Source of the DNA: an uncultured Desulfobacter sp.
GTDB taxonomy: Bacteria; Desulfobacterota; Desulfobacteria; Desulfobacterales; Desulfobacteraceae
Assembly: GCA_963665095.1 (NCBI GenBank)
Contig: OY762069.1
Coordinates: 3,872,001 to 3,936,000 of the forward strand
Direction of reading: 5' to 3'
Length of the DNA: 64,000 bases
Position 1 is the first letter of the stretch. Each line of letters starts with the position of its first letter. The position numbers and the translations under genes were made by a program. The notes under the pieces are model-generated. The model had not been told where the DNA came from and searched no databases. It saw nothing but the letters and a program-made list of their open reading frames with translations. Positions 30,885-40,588 of the stretch are shown here, piece after piece.

Positions 30885-31121
30885 ATGAAAACAGTAACAT
30901 TTACCGAATTTCGCAAAAACGCATCAGAATTATTTTCTAACGTTGAACAAGGGGAAGTTTTCGTTGTAATTCGACACGGGAAACCCATTGCAGAGATCTC
31001 ACCAGTTTCAACAAATAGAAACTTACCAGCGTGGAAACAGCCTGCTTTACGACTTTCATCTAAGGGGGCGGAATTATCATCTGCAATTATAGAAGAACGG
31101 GACAATGAAAATATTTTTTGA
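30885..31121 (+). CDS. Phd/YefM-family antitoxin
   Basis: MKTVTFTEFRKNASELFSNVEQGEVFVVIRHGKPIAEI. Overlaps the toxin gene. Confidence 0.9.
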   Translation: MKTVTFTEFRKNASELFSNVEQGEVFVVIRHGKPIAEISPVSTNRNLPAWKQPALRLSSKGAELSSAIIEERDNENIF

Positions 31122-31518
31122 TTCATCAGCTTTTGCAAAACGCTATATTGATGAACCAGGTAGCGATTCGGTTGAGGCTCTATGTCAGAATGCAACCGAA
31201 CTAGCATTATCAGTCATTTGTATTCCTGAAATTATATCAGCTATGAATCGTCGTATTAGAGAAGGCTCAATTTCACAAACTCAATATCGCCAGATAAAAA
31301 CTTGTTTGGCGACAGAAACCGCTGATGTCACAATAATCAATTTATTACCTGAAGTCATTGCGGATGCGATTCAGGTACTTGAAACTAATACTCTAAGAGC
31401 TATGGATGCGTTGCATGTTGCTTGCGCACTGCAATGGAATGCAGATCTTTTTGTTTCATCTGACAATCGCCAATTGAACGCAGCTCACAATGCAAAGCTA
31501 TTAACTGAAAAAGTATAA
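31105..31518 (+). CDS. vapC: VapC/PIN-domain toxin
   Basis: IFFDSSAFAKRY, LRAMDALHVACA and FVSSD. Confidence 0.9.
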   Translation: MKIFFDSSAFAKRYIDEPGSDSVEALCQNATELALSVICIPEIISAMNRRIREGSISQTQYRQIKTCLATETADVTIINLLPEVIADAIQVLETNTLRAMDALHVACALQWNADLFVSSDNRQLNAAHNAKLLTEKV

Positions 31519-31563
31519 AAGGCCAATCGGGATAGGACTCCCCATCACTGAGGAGCCCTCCCA

Positions 31564-33113
31564 GGTGAGTAGCCCAAAGGAACTTCCCCTTCAGGCTCTC
31601 TCAGAACCGGACGTGAATCTCTCGACTCATCCGGCTCCTATCGTTCAGCCGTTTTTTTTTCAGGACACGCCAATGTACAAAAAGGTTCGGCTGTCGTTCA
31701 GCAATCTGTGTCAACCATCTTGTGGCCTTTTGTTGACGTCCCCTGAGTTTCTTATATTTACAGATTGCCCAACGTACTAACCGCCAATTTATATGATGGA
31801 GAATCCCAGACATCTCAGAAGGATTGTACCGCCAGTAATAATTAATCCAGCCTTGAATTATTGGATTACATTCTATAGCCAGATCCTCAAGCGTGTCCCC
31901 TGGCCGTAATTGCCAGTTCCAACTGCGTACTTTCTGTCTGATTGCCTTTGCAGCCTTGTTGCTTATCGCTGGTGTGAAGTTTTCAAAAAATTTTCCTCTG
32001 CGTTTTCTTGATAATCTGGGCCGAAATGTATACCCTAGAAAATCAAACTTCATAACAGGATAATCTCCTTTTCGATCTTCATCCTTGCAATAAACTATTT
32101 TTGTCTTTTCAGGGTGCAGCTCCAACCCACATTCACCAAACCTTAACTCCAAGTCAGCTTTCAACTGTTTGGCTAATGGTTCAGTTCTGCAGTGGCAAAC
32201 AGCATCATCGGCATATCGCTCAAAAGGCACATACGAATAGTTTCGCTGCATCCAATGATCGAAAACATAATGCAAAAATAAATTTGCCAGCAAGGGACTA
32301 ACCACTCCTCCTTGCGGAGTTCCTTTTTGCGGATAAACAAGTGATCCGTCCGGCATTGCGATTGGGGCCTTTAGCCACCGTTCAACATACAAAAGTACCC
32401 AGCGACAATCTGTGTGTTTTACTACAGCTCTCATCAAAAGTTCATGACTGATATTGTCAAAAAATCCTTTGACATCAAGATCCAACACCCAGTCATACCG
32501 CCAGCATCTTTTGCGTGCTTCCCCCACGGCATCCAGGGCTGACTTGTTTGGCCGATAACCATACGAGTCCGGATGAAAATGATGCTCTAATAACGGTTCG
32601 AGATACTGTTTTACAACCATCTGGGCGACACGATCTCCCACAGTTGGAATACCAAGGGGCCTCATTCGGCCATCCCCTTTTGGTATCTCTATACGCGCTA
32701 CCGGAGGAGGGAAATAACTGCCGGAAGACATCCGGTTCCATATTTTGAAAAGGTTATTGGTAATATCCTTTTCAAAATCAACTATGGACTGATTATCTAT
32801 TCCAGCCCCACCACGGTTTGCTTTCACGCATTTGTATGCTTCCCAAACTTGACGCTTTGAGATAATAAACGACTTTACTTTTTTCAACAGAATCCTTCCC
32901 TATACGGGTTGTTCTTATGTTAAAAGTTGAACGACGCAACCCCTTCGCTCCAGTCCCATTGCAGCACCTTCTTCACTACTACGAGTTGCTCCGCCCCTGT
33001 GCTCCGCTTCGGTACTCTGATCCTTGTGGTGCTTCCACTTGGATTTCTCCCTTAGCATCGGAACGACAGGTTCCCATGTTCCATAAGAAAGCCTAAGATA
33101 TGTTCATGCCGCC
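31564..33113 (-). mobile_element. Class D (RmInt1-like) group II intron lacking the 5' part of domain I
   Basis: DV GAGCCGGATGAGTCGAGAGATTCACGTCCGGTTC and 3' end CTACTCACC. No GTGYG 5' end at the junction. Confidence 0.85.
31601..32887 (-). CDS. ltrA: Group II intron reverse transcriptase/maturase, class D, no endonuclease domain
   Basis: KIWNRMSSGSYFPPPV, LGIPTVGDR, GTPQGGVVSPLLANLFLH, ERYADD, FDFLGYTF and maturase X domain. Confidence 0.93.
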   Translation of the reverse strand: MKKVKSFIISKRQVWEAYKCVKANRGGAGIDNQSIVDFEKDITNNLFKIWNRMSSGSYFPPPVARIEIPKGDGRMRPLGIPTVGDRVAQMVVKQYLEPLLEHHFHPDSYGYRPNKSALDAVGEARKRCWRYDWVLDLDVKGFFDNISHELLMRAVVKHTDCRWVLLYVERWLKAPIAMPDGSLVYPQKGTPQGGVVSPLLANLFLHYVFDHWMQRNYSYVPFERYADDAVCHCRTEPLAKQLKADLELRFGECGLELHPEKTKIVYCKDEDRKGDYPVMKFDFLGYTFRPRLSRKRRGKFFENFTPAISNKAAKAIRQKVRSWNWQLRPGDTLEDLAIECNPIIQGWINYYWRYNPSEMSGILHHINWRLVRWAICKYKKLRGRQQKATRWLTQIAERQPNLFVHWRVLKKKRLNDRSRMSREIHVRF

Positions 33114-33777
33114 ACCCGGCATACGGATCTCGTACCAAGGCGGTTCGGCTGGTATGAATAAAATCAGTTGTAGGTTATCCCACCGATTTTATCGGGTTTT
33201 GGGCAAAGTCTTGCTATGGAAATTTCGGCCACTGCCGCATTATTCCCATAAAATCCTTCTACTTACTCACCACAACCATTTACCCAAGCCATTCGGCCCG
33301 GGTACCGTTCAGGCCTTCATCGGGGTGAGGCCTCCGGGTGTACTTCTCCCATGCCAGAGAGGCCCAGCTCGTTTTTTCCGACTACTATGCCCTCTGCTGA
33401 CTTCTCCCATGCGGTCAGGACCAGTTACCCGGCCCTCAGACAATCCGGCACATGGGAGATCTCCCGGGGTAAACACGTGTCTTTCAGTACCTGAATGCCG
33501 GATTTACGGACATACCCTGTAATGGATAGAGGACTTCACCTTGTTGTGCAGGCTCGTCCCGGTATGTGCGTCTTATATCCGATTTCTGTACGTCATCCCG
33601 TACCTTCGTGGTACCTTGCCTCAGCAAGGCGGCTTCCTCCCGAAGCACCGTCACCGGTACCCCGTTGCACTACCACTACACCCTTCGCCTCCATCCGGCT
33701 GGGTCTAAGACTTGCCAAACGCATTGAAATCGTTTACGTTTGACTCACTTTTAAGAACACGTGCCGTGCCCGGCACA

Positions 33778-34485
33778 ATAGGGATAGGACTCCCCATTAC
33801 TGAGGAGCCCTCCCACACCACCCGGCGTACGGATCTCGTACCAAGGCGGTTCGGCTGGTATGAATAGAATCGGTTGTAGGTTATCCCACCGATTTTATCG
33901 GGCTTTGGGCAAAGTCATGCTATGGAAATTTCGACCACTGCCGCATTATTTCCATAAAATCCTTCTACTTACTCACCACAACCATTTACCCAAGCCATTC
34001 GGCCCGGGTACCGTTCAGGCCTTCATCGGGGTGAGGCCTCCGGGTGTACTTCTCCCATGACAGGGAGGCCCGGCTCGTTTCCTTCCGACTACTATGCCCT
34101 CTGCTGACTTCTCCCATGCGGTCAGGACCGGTTACCCGGCCCTCAGCCAATCCGGCACATGGGAGATCTCCCGGGGTAAACACATGTCTTTCGGTACGTG
34201 AATGCCGGGTTTACGGACATACCCTGTAATGGATAGAGGACTTTGCCTTGTGTGGCAGGCTCGTCCCGGTATGCGCGCCTTATACCCGATTCCTGTACGT
34301 CATCCCGTACCTTCGTGGTGCCTTGCCTCAGCAAAGCGGCTTCCTCCCGAAGCACCGTCACCGGTACCCCGTTGCACTACCACTACACCCTTCGCCTCCA
34401 TCCGGCTGGGTCTAAGACTTGCCAAATGTATTGGAATTCTATACATTTGACTCACTCTTAAGAACATGTGCCGTGCCCGGCACAC
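33778..34485 (-). mobile_element. Complete ORF-less class C group II intron (708 nt), tandem insertion
   Basis: GTGTG 5' end, DV with CGC triad and DVI ending CCCTAT. Short DIV with no RT ORF. Confidence 0.9.
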
Positions 34486-34486
34486 C

Positions 34487-34612
34487 ACCAAACGCTGGAG
34501 CGGGACCGGGCTTACTGCGTGGATTTTTGAAAGTTTGTGGTTCAAGAAAATGTAAACTTTTATCTGAGGATACGGCTTCAAAACGCCCGGCCCCTCAGCT
34601 TCCCCGTTATAA
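34487..34612 (+). other. attC7 main body
   Basis: ACCAAACGCTGGAGCGGGACCGGGC...GCCCGGCCCCTCAGCTTCCCC-GTTATAA. Confidence 0.85.
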
Positions 34613-34630
34613 ATTTGAAGGACAAACGAA

Positions 34631-35362
34631 TTGCATCAAGATAATAAAATTGCATTGCTGATTGATTGTGACAATGTTAGTCACAAATCTATTGAAGGTG
34701 TTATCGATGAACTTTCCAAGTATGGGAAAGTCAATATAAGGCATGCCTATGGAAATTGGAAAAACGATAGTATGAAAGGTTGGGAAGAGAAGTTGCACCC
34801 ACATGCCATCAAACCAATTCAGCAATTTGCATATACTAAGGGTAAAAATGCAACTGATGCTGCTATGATAATTGATGCAATGGATATTTTATATACTCAA
34901 AACCTTGATGCTTTTGCATTAATGACGAGTGATAGCGATTTTACACCGCTGGTTATGCGCATTTTATCTAATGGCATTACAGTTTATGGTTTTGGAGAGA
35001 AAAAAACTCCACAGCCTTTCGTCAAAGCCTGTTCTCAATTTATATACACAGAAAATTTAGAGCAAATAGAAGGGGAAGATGAAAAGCCTGATAATAATGT
35101 AAATGCAAAAAAGACAAGGAACGAACTGAGACAAGATGCAGCATTGGTAAAATTATTAAGAACAGCTGTAGAGCATTTTGCAGATGAGAGTGGATGGTCT
35201 CATTTAGGTCTTGTTGGGCAATATATTAGCAACAAAACCTCATTTTCACCCGTAAATTACGGGTATAAAAAATTAGGCGACTTAATAAGAGTTAGTGATC
35301 TTTTTCATATAGAAATGAGAGATGACAACTCTACTATGTACATAAAAGATATAAGAAAATAA
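34631..35362 (+). CDS. Cassette: NYN-domain (LabA/PIN-like) protein with C-terminal OST-HTH/LOTUS domain
   Basis: IALLIDCDN, KGKNATDAAMIIDAMD, TSDSDFTPL and FSPVNYGYKKLGDLI. Confidence 0.9.
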   Translation: MHQDNKIALLIDCDNVSHKSIEGVIDELSKYGKVNIRHAYGNWKNDSMKGWEEKLHPHAIKPIQQFAYTKGKNATDAAMIIDAMDILYTQNLDAFALMTSDSDFTPLVMRILSNGITVYGFGEKKTPQPFVKACSQFIYTENLEQIEGEDEKPDNNVNAKKTRNELRQDAALVKLLRTAVEHFADESGWSHLGLVGQYISNKTSFSPVNYGYKKLGDLIRVSDLFHIEMRDDNSTMYIKDIRK

Positions 35363-35364
35363 TT

Positions 35365-35493
35365 TTATAACAAAGCCGCTGAACCCGACCGGGCAACCTG
35401 CGCGGCGTTTTGAGGCTGCCTGGTTAATGAAATTTTAAACTTTTACCGGAGCTATTGTGGTTTAAACGCCCGGCCGGTTAGCTCCCCGTTATG
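35365..35493 (+). other. attC8
   Basis: R'' TTATAAC matches GTTATAA at 34606. CCGGGC/GCCCGG arms. R' GTTATG immediately followed by the intron's GTGCG. Confidence 0.88.
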
Positions 35494-36197
35494 GTGCGAC
35501 ACGAGGTCGCATTATTGGCTGTTTGGCGGACCAGTCGGTCCTGACCAAACCCGGCTCCTGCCGGTACCCTAGGTGGCATGCGGTTACCGGTGCATCCGGC
35601 AACGGTGTGAAGCCCAACCGACAAAGTACCGAATTCCGCAGCTGCGGAAGGGGTGGAAGCCGTGAGGCGGATACCCTCCTGGAAGCCTCAATCCGGGTAA
35701 GGGCAAGGGTTTGGATGATATGGTCAAATTAATTGAATGTTCCGTAAGTACCGTCAGGGAGAGCAAGCTAAAAAGGCTGGTAAGCTTGGACCAAAAGGTG
35801 AGCGGTCAGGTTGCAGGTTTCCTAACTGCCTGCACGGAGATGTTGTGCCGCCGGTGCTTAAGGGCAGACCTAAGTCATCCATAAATTGGCAATAATGCGG
35901 AACGTGGAAACCCCGTATCTTCGCCGGGAGTATTCGGCAGGTGAAACTGTAAGGCACACTGATGGAGGTGCGGGCGTAAGATGCAGGAAAAAGCGAATGC
36001 CGTCTTGTAATGAGATGGATACGGATTGAGGCGTATATCCCCAACATTACCCGGCCCGAAAGGGAGCTGACGTCCGGCGGGTGTGACTACAGACACACCC
36101 GGGCAGGTATTTCGTAAGCGTTTAAAGGACCCCATCTACAACTCATTAAAATGACATGAGAAGATGAGCCAACTTTTAATTAACGGAGGCCCATCAT

Positions 36198-36530
36198 ATG
36201 TCAGAAACAGAGAACAAAAACCAAAAGCTAATCCAGTTCTGGAAATACCATATTAAACAATGGTCTGAATCGAGTATGTCCCAAAATGCATACTGCAGGC
36301 AAAATGATTTAAGACCCAATCAATTTACATACTGGAAAATGAAATTCAAAAGCCAGGCACTTGCCCCAGAATTCGTTCAGGTCCCTTCAACGCAGATCAG
36401 CCAGGCACTAAGTCTTTCTGAACAAAAAGGCTTAACGTTGAATACAGATAACGGATTTCAGATCGAAATACCGGATGGCTTTTCCCAAACAACCCTGGCC
36501 CAGGTGCTTCAAGTATTGAGGCGGTGCTGA
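36198..36530 (+). CDS. tnpA: IS66 accessory protein TnpA
   Basis: W..SSMSQNAYCRQNDL..QFTYWK HTH; first ORF of the IS66. Confidence 0.85.
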   Translation: MSETENKNQKLIQFWKYHIKQWSESSMSQNAYCRQNDLRPNQFTYWKMKFKSQALAPEFVQVPSTQISQALSLSEQKGLTLNTDNGFQIEIPDGFSQTTLAQVLQVLRRC

Positions 36531-36883
36531 TGTTTTCTCCCACCCAGAATTTAAAAATTCATATCGCACTTGGAAACACTGATATGCGCAAGTCCATTGA
36601 TGGGCTATCCATACTTGTGAGCGAAAAGTTAAATTTGGATCCATTTTCAGGACACATGTTTGTATTCTGTAATCGGAAACGGAATATATTGAAAATCCTG
36701 TATTGGGATCGCAATGGATTCTGTCTTTGGCATAAGCGCTTGGAAAGGGATTATTTTCAATGGCCCAAGTCAAAAGAGGAAATTTTGACCATCGGAGCAA
36801 AAGAGCTTTCCTGGCTGATGGACGGACTTTCTATTCGTCAGGAAAAAGCACATAAATCATTAAAATATTCGGCTGTTTTTTGA
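36530..36883 (+). CDS. tnpB: IS66 accessory protein TnpB
   Basis: TDMRKSIDGL, FVFCNRKR and LYWDRNGFCLWHKRLE. Confidence 0.92.
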   Translation: MFSPTQNLKIHIALGNTDMRKSIDGLSILVSEKLNLDPFSGHMFVFCNRKRNILKILYWDRNGFCLWHKRLERDYFQWPKSKEEILTIGAKELSWLMDGLSIRQEKAHKSLKYSAVF

Positions 36884-36928
36884 TCATAAAAACTGGTGAA
36901 AACCGCGTGGTTATGGTATATACAACGC

Positions 36929-38521
36929 ATGAATAAAGAGGCTTTTGCAGACATAAATGACGTTGAGAAATTAAAAGAAATGATGGCTTGTTTTGTCAAT
37001 GATTTTTCAGATAGAGAGCACAATTATAAAGCCGAAATCAAAATTCTCAACGAACAGATTAAAAGCCTTCGGGACCAGCTTTTTGGTAAAAAGACAGAAA
37101 AAATCCATAAGAATGACGGTCAACTATCCCTTTTTGATACTTTTGAGCCGGATACGCCCATATTGGACGAACCCGAAGAAATCAGCGTGCCTGCCCATAA
37201 TCGAAAGAAGCCAGGGCGTAGACCTTTGCCTGAAAACCTTCCACGGGTTGAAGTGATCCACGATCTGACCGAGGAAGAAAAAATATGTGCCTGTGGCTGC
37301 ATGAAATCCCGTTGCGGCAAAGAAGAATCTGAACAGCTTGAAATTATTCCGGCACAAGTGAGAGTAATCAGAAACATTCGTTATAAATACGCTTGCAAAA
37401 ACTGCGAAGGTGTTGACGATGATGGGCCAACAGTGTCCATTGCCAGAATGCCGGAACAAATGATCCCCAAGAGCATCGCAACCCCAGGGCTTTTGGCCCA
37501 TATCCTGACAGCCAAATTTGCAGATGCTTTACCCTTCTACCGGCAGGAAAAACAGTTTAACCGAATTGGAGTAGACATCCACAGGTCCAATATGTGCAAT
37601 TGGGCTATGAAAGTGGCCCAGGCCTGTGAGATCCTGCTGGAATATATGAAGGATGAAATCCTTAAAGGCCCAGTGATAAATATTGACGAAACAACAGTCC
37701 AGGTTCTCAAAGAACCGAAACGGTCAAAATGCTATATGTGGGTGTTCAAAGGAGGGACACCGGATAATCCCATTATTCTGTTCCAGTATCACCCAACTCG
37801 ATCCGGGGATGTTGCCCGGAATTTTTTGAACGGTTATCAAGGTGTTGTTCAGACGGATGGCTATGCTGGCTATGACTTTCTTGATCATATTGTGGAAATC
37901 ATTCATGTTGCGTGCTGGGCACACGCACGTCGAAAGTTCATGGCTGTGGTCAAAGCTGCCGGAAATAAAACTGGCAACCCAACGGGAACCGCCGGCAAAG
38001 CCCTGAAGTACATCAGCAAATTATACAAAATAGAAAGAGAGGCCAAAGAACTTGGTTTGTCTGCTGATGGACTTTACTGGAAAAGGCAGGAGCTATCCTT
38101 GCCTATCCTTGATGAATTTAAAAAATGGTTGGATGCTCAAGTTGAAAAGGTACCGCCCAAAAGTCTTCTTGGTAAAGCCATTAACTACACCCTTAATCAA
38201 TGGCATAGATTGGTTCTGTATACGGCAAGTGGTCTGGTAATGCCGGATAATAATGTAGTCGAAAATGCCATAAGACCCTTTGTGGTGGGCAGAAAAAATT
38301 GGTTGTTTTCATGTACACCTGCGGGCGCCGATGCCAGTGCCTGCATTTACAGCCTGATCGAAACAGCCAAGGCCAATGGGCTTGAACCTTACTGGTACCT
38401 CAAATTTCTCTTTGAAAATTTACCGGAAGCCATGACGGAAGATGAATTTAAAGCCTTGATGCCACAAAACGTGGATAAACATTTGCTGGAATCCAACTAT
38501 ACAACACCCCGTCAGGCTTAA
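36929..38521 (+). CDS. tnpC: IS66 transposase TnpC
   Basis: Leucine zipper, Zn-ribbon, IDETT, QTDGY, CWAHARRKF and DNNVVENAIRP. Confidence 0.93.
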   Translation: MNKEAFADINDVEKLKEMMACFVNDFSDREHNYKAEIKILNEQIKSLRDQLFGKKTEKIHKNDGQLSLFDTFEPDTPILDEPEEISVPAHNRKKPGRRPLPENLPRVEVIHDLTEEEKICACGCMKSRCGKEESEQLEIIPAQVRVIRNIRYKYACKNCEGVDDDGPTVSIARMPEQMIPKSIATPGLLAHILTAKFADALPFYRQEKQFNRIGVDIHRSNMCNWAMKVAQACEILLEYMKDEILKGPVINIDETTVQVLKEPKRSKCYMWVFKGGTPDNPIILFQYHPTRSGDVARNFLNGYQGVVQTDGYAGYDFLDHIVEIIHVACWAHARRKFMAVVKAAGNKTGNPTGTAGKALKYISKLYKIEREAKELGLSADGLYWKRQELSLPILDEFKKWLDAQVEKVPPKSLLGKAINYTLNQWHRLVLYTASGLVMPDNNVVENAIRPFVVGRKNWLFSCTPAGADASACIYSLIETAKANGLEPYWYLKFLFENLPEAMTEDEFKALMPQNVDKHLLESNYTTPRQA

Positions 38522-38781
38522 AAAGGTGCGGTTGATACACCGCTTACGGTATTTCTTTGCAAGAGAGTCTGGAGAATCTTTGAGGATGGTGTAGATTCCC
38601 GAAATAACCTGAACAAAAACCCGCCAAATTTTTCATATTAAATTGACAAAGTTCCATTTTTCTCAAATTATCCTGTACAGGTTCTGATCAAAGCATTCTG
38701 ACAAAAATGAAAAGGGCGAAAAGCTTTGCAGAGCCTCGCCCTTAAGACCGGGATTTATAAAATCCCAAAACAACCATAAAA

Positions 38782-39228
38782 ATGATAATAAAGGTCAAAG
38801 CTGATATCAAGCAAATTTTCAAGCAGGGCAAAAATTTTACATGGCCAAAACCGTCACGATGTCCACATTGCAACGACTCCAGGCTGTGGGGACACGGCTT
38901 TGTACTCTCCTTTTTTGATGGATTTGATCAAGGGGTGTATTTGAAGCGATATCGCTGCCCCTATTGCAAAACCGTATTCAAATTGAAGCCATATGGTTTT
39001 TTCAAGAGGTTCCAGGCCAGTATCTGGCAAATCCTTACCAGCATTATGAGTCGTCTATACACTGACCGGTATCTGCCGGAACTCTCCTGGAACCGACAGC
39101 ATTTTTGGTTTACTGCATTGAAACGAAATATAGCGGCCTACCTGTCCAACAGTTGGGACAAAGGTGTGGTTGCTGGTTTTATCAAGCTAATCGGTATGGG
39201 TAAAATCCCGGTTACCAGTTCAATTTAA
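38782..39228 (+). CDS. Zn-ribbon accessory protein (DUF6431-like)
   Basis: CPHC..LWGHG..RYRCPYC; first gene of the element. Confidence 0.7.
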   Translation: MIIKVKADIKQIFKQGKNFTWPKPSRCPHCNDSRLWGHGFVLSFFDGFDQGVYLKRYRCPYCKTVFKLKPYGFFKRFQASIWQILTSIMSRLYTDRYLPELSWNRQHFWFTALKRNIAAYLSNSWDKGVVAGFIKLIGMGKIPVTSSI

Positions 39229-39331
39229 CCATGGGGCTGGATCAGGTTTAAACCACCCTACCGAAGGCTGTGATTTACCGAAGGATCATACTGTCATACA
39301 AGCCCTTAGAACCAAATTTTAAGGAGGAAGT

Positions 39332-40588
39332 ATGACAGAAAATCAGAAAAATGAGGTTGCCGTGTTCAGGTTTGGGGTCATTTGTGAATTTGTGACCGGA
39401 ACAAATTTTGATTACGGTGAAAAAGAACGAATTTTACAGCAGAAGTGCGCCCGCAAATGGTCCATCCCGTATTCTGGAAGGACCAGGCTTTCCAGAAGTA
39501 CGATTCTGGGATGGGTCCGGCAGTATAACGGTCGAATAGAGTCTCTTTACCCCAAAGACCGTTCAGACCAGGGAAAATCAAGGGTATTCGATGACGAGAC
39601 TGCATCTCAACTAATCAAACTCCGGTTAGACCAGCCTGATGCGACAGTCGATACATTGATCTGTTCACTTCAAAAAACTACATGCCAGACATACAGTCCA
39701 TCCAGTGTATACCGTTTTTTACGCGGCCGGGGGCTAATGAACACGGCCCGGCCAGAGGATAGAAGAAAGTTTGAAGCCCCGCACCCCAATGATATGTGGC
39801 AAAGCGACGTCATGCACGGCCCTACAGTCCTGGTTCAGGATAAGCAAAGAAAAACGTACCTGATTGCCATTATGGACGATCATTCCAGGCTGGTTACGGC
39901 TGCAGGTTTTTATTTATCTGAGAATCTGAAGACCTATCTTATGGTGCTGGAGCAGGCTTTTTTGAGCCGTGGGCTTCCCCGCAAGCTGTATGTAGATAAC
40001 GGTCCTGCGTTCAGATCCCATCATTTAAAATATGTAGCAGCGTCTCTGTCCATCGCTTTAATCCATGCAAGGCCATATAAGCCCCAGGGGAAAGGTAAAA
40101 TCGAGCGCTGGTTCAGAACGGTTCGGCTTCAGTTTCTGCAAAGATTTACAGGTAAGACCCTGGATGATCTGAATGGGGCATTTGAGAAGTGGCTTCATAA
40201 TGAGTACCATCAGCGTAAACACAGCTCCACAGGCGAATCACCGTTTAAAAGATTTACCTCGGCCATGGAGTGCATCCGTACCGCCCCACCGGATCTGAAA
40301 GACCACTTCCGCAAAACCGCCCGGCGCAAGGTGGCAAAGGACCGAACCATAACCCTTGACGGCAACATGTTTGAGGCCCCGGTTGCGCTGATCGGCAGAC
40401 ATGTGGATGTAAAGTACCATGAGGACACCCCTTTGCAGGCTGAAGTTATCTATAAAGCAAAGTCTTATGGCTTGTTAACCCCGGTGGACCTTGCTGTGAA
40501 CTGCCGGGTCAAGCGGCACCGCTGGAACGAAAATGATATCCGGATTATGCCTGAACCCTCAAATTACAAGGGAGGGCAACTGTTATGA
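39332..40588 (+). CDS. DDE transposase (rve/Mu-like) with C-terminal Mu-transpos_C-like domain
   Basis: WQSDVMHG, DDHSR, LYVDNG and GKGKIERWF. Confidence 0.9.
   Translation: MTENQKNEVAVFRFGVICEFVTGTNFDYGEKERILQQKCARKWSIPYSGRTRLSRSTILGWVRQYNGRIESLYPKDRSDQGKSRVFDDETASQLIKLRLDQPDATVDTLICSLQKTTCQTYSPSSVYRFLRGRGLMNTARPEDRRKFEAPHPNDMWQSDVMHGPTVLVQDKQRKTYLIAIMDDHSRLVTAAGFYLSENLKTYLMVLEQAFLSRGLPRKLYVDNGPAFRSHHLKYVAASLSIALIHARPYKPQGKGKIERWFRTVRLQFLQRFTGKTLDDLNGAFEKWLHNEYHQRKHSSTGESPFKRFTSAMECIRTAPPDLKDHFRKTARRKVAKDRTITLDGNMFEAPVALIGRHVDVKYHEDTPLQAEVIYKAKSYGLLTPVDLAVNCRVKRHRWNENDIRIMPEPSNYKGGQLL

Larger units (their letters stand above)
31526..33777 (-). mobile_element. ORF-less class C intron with a class D intron inside it (twintron), inserted in the attC7 R'' (GGCCA|AC)
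   Basis: IIC DVI at 31526-31563 ending CCCGAT. Class D insert at 31564-33113. IIC DV-DI at 33112-33777. Confidence 0.88.
36114..38547 (+). mobile_element. IS66-family element, complete
   Basis: GTAAGCG...CGCTTAC ends. 8-bp target duplication GGTATTTC at 36106-36113 and 38548-38555. Confidence 0.95.

Noticed and set aside
29221..34485. Long repeats as a CRISPR array, or RT plus repeat as a DGR or retron
   Set aside because: There is no short repeat-spacer periodicity and no cas gene. The repeats are group II intron domains, the RTs have maturase domains, and differences are not adenine-specific.
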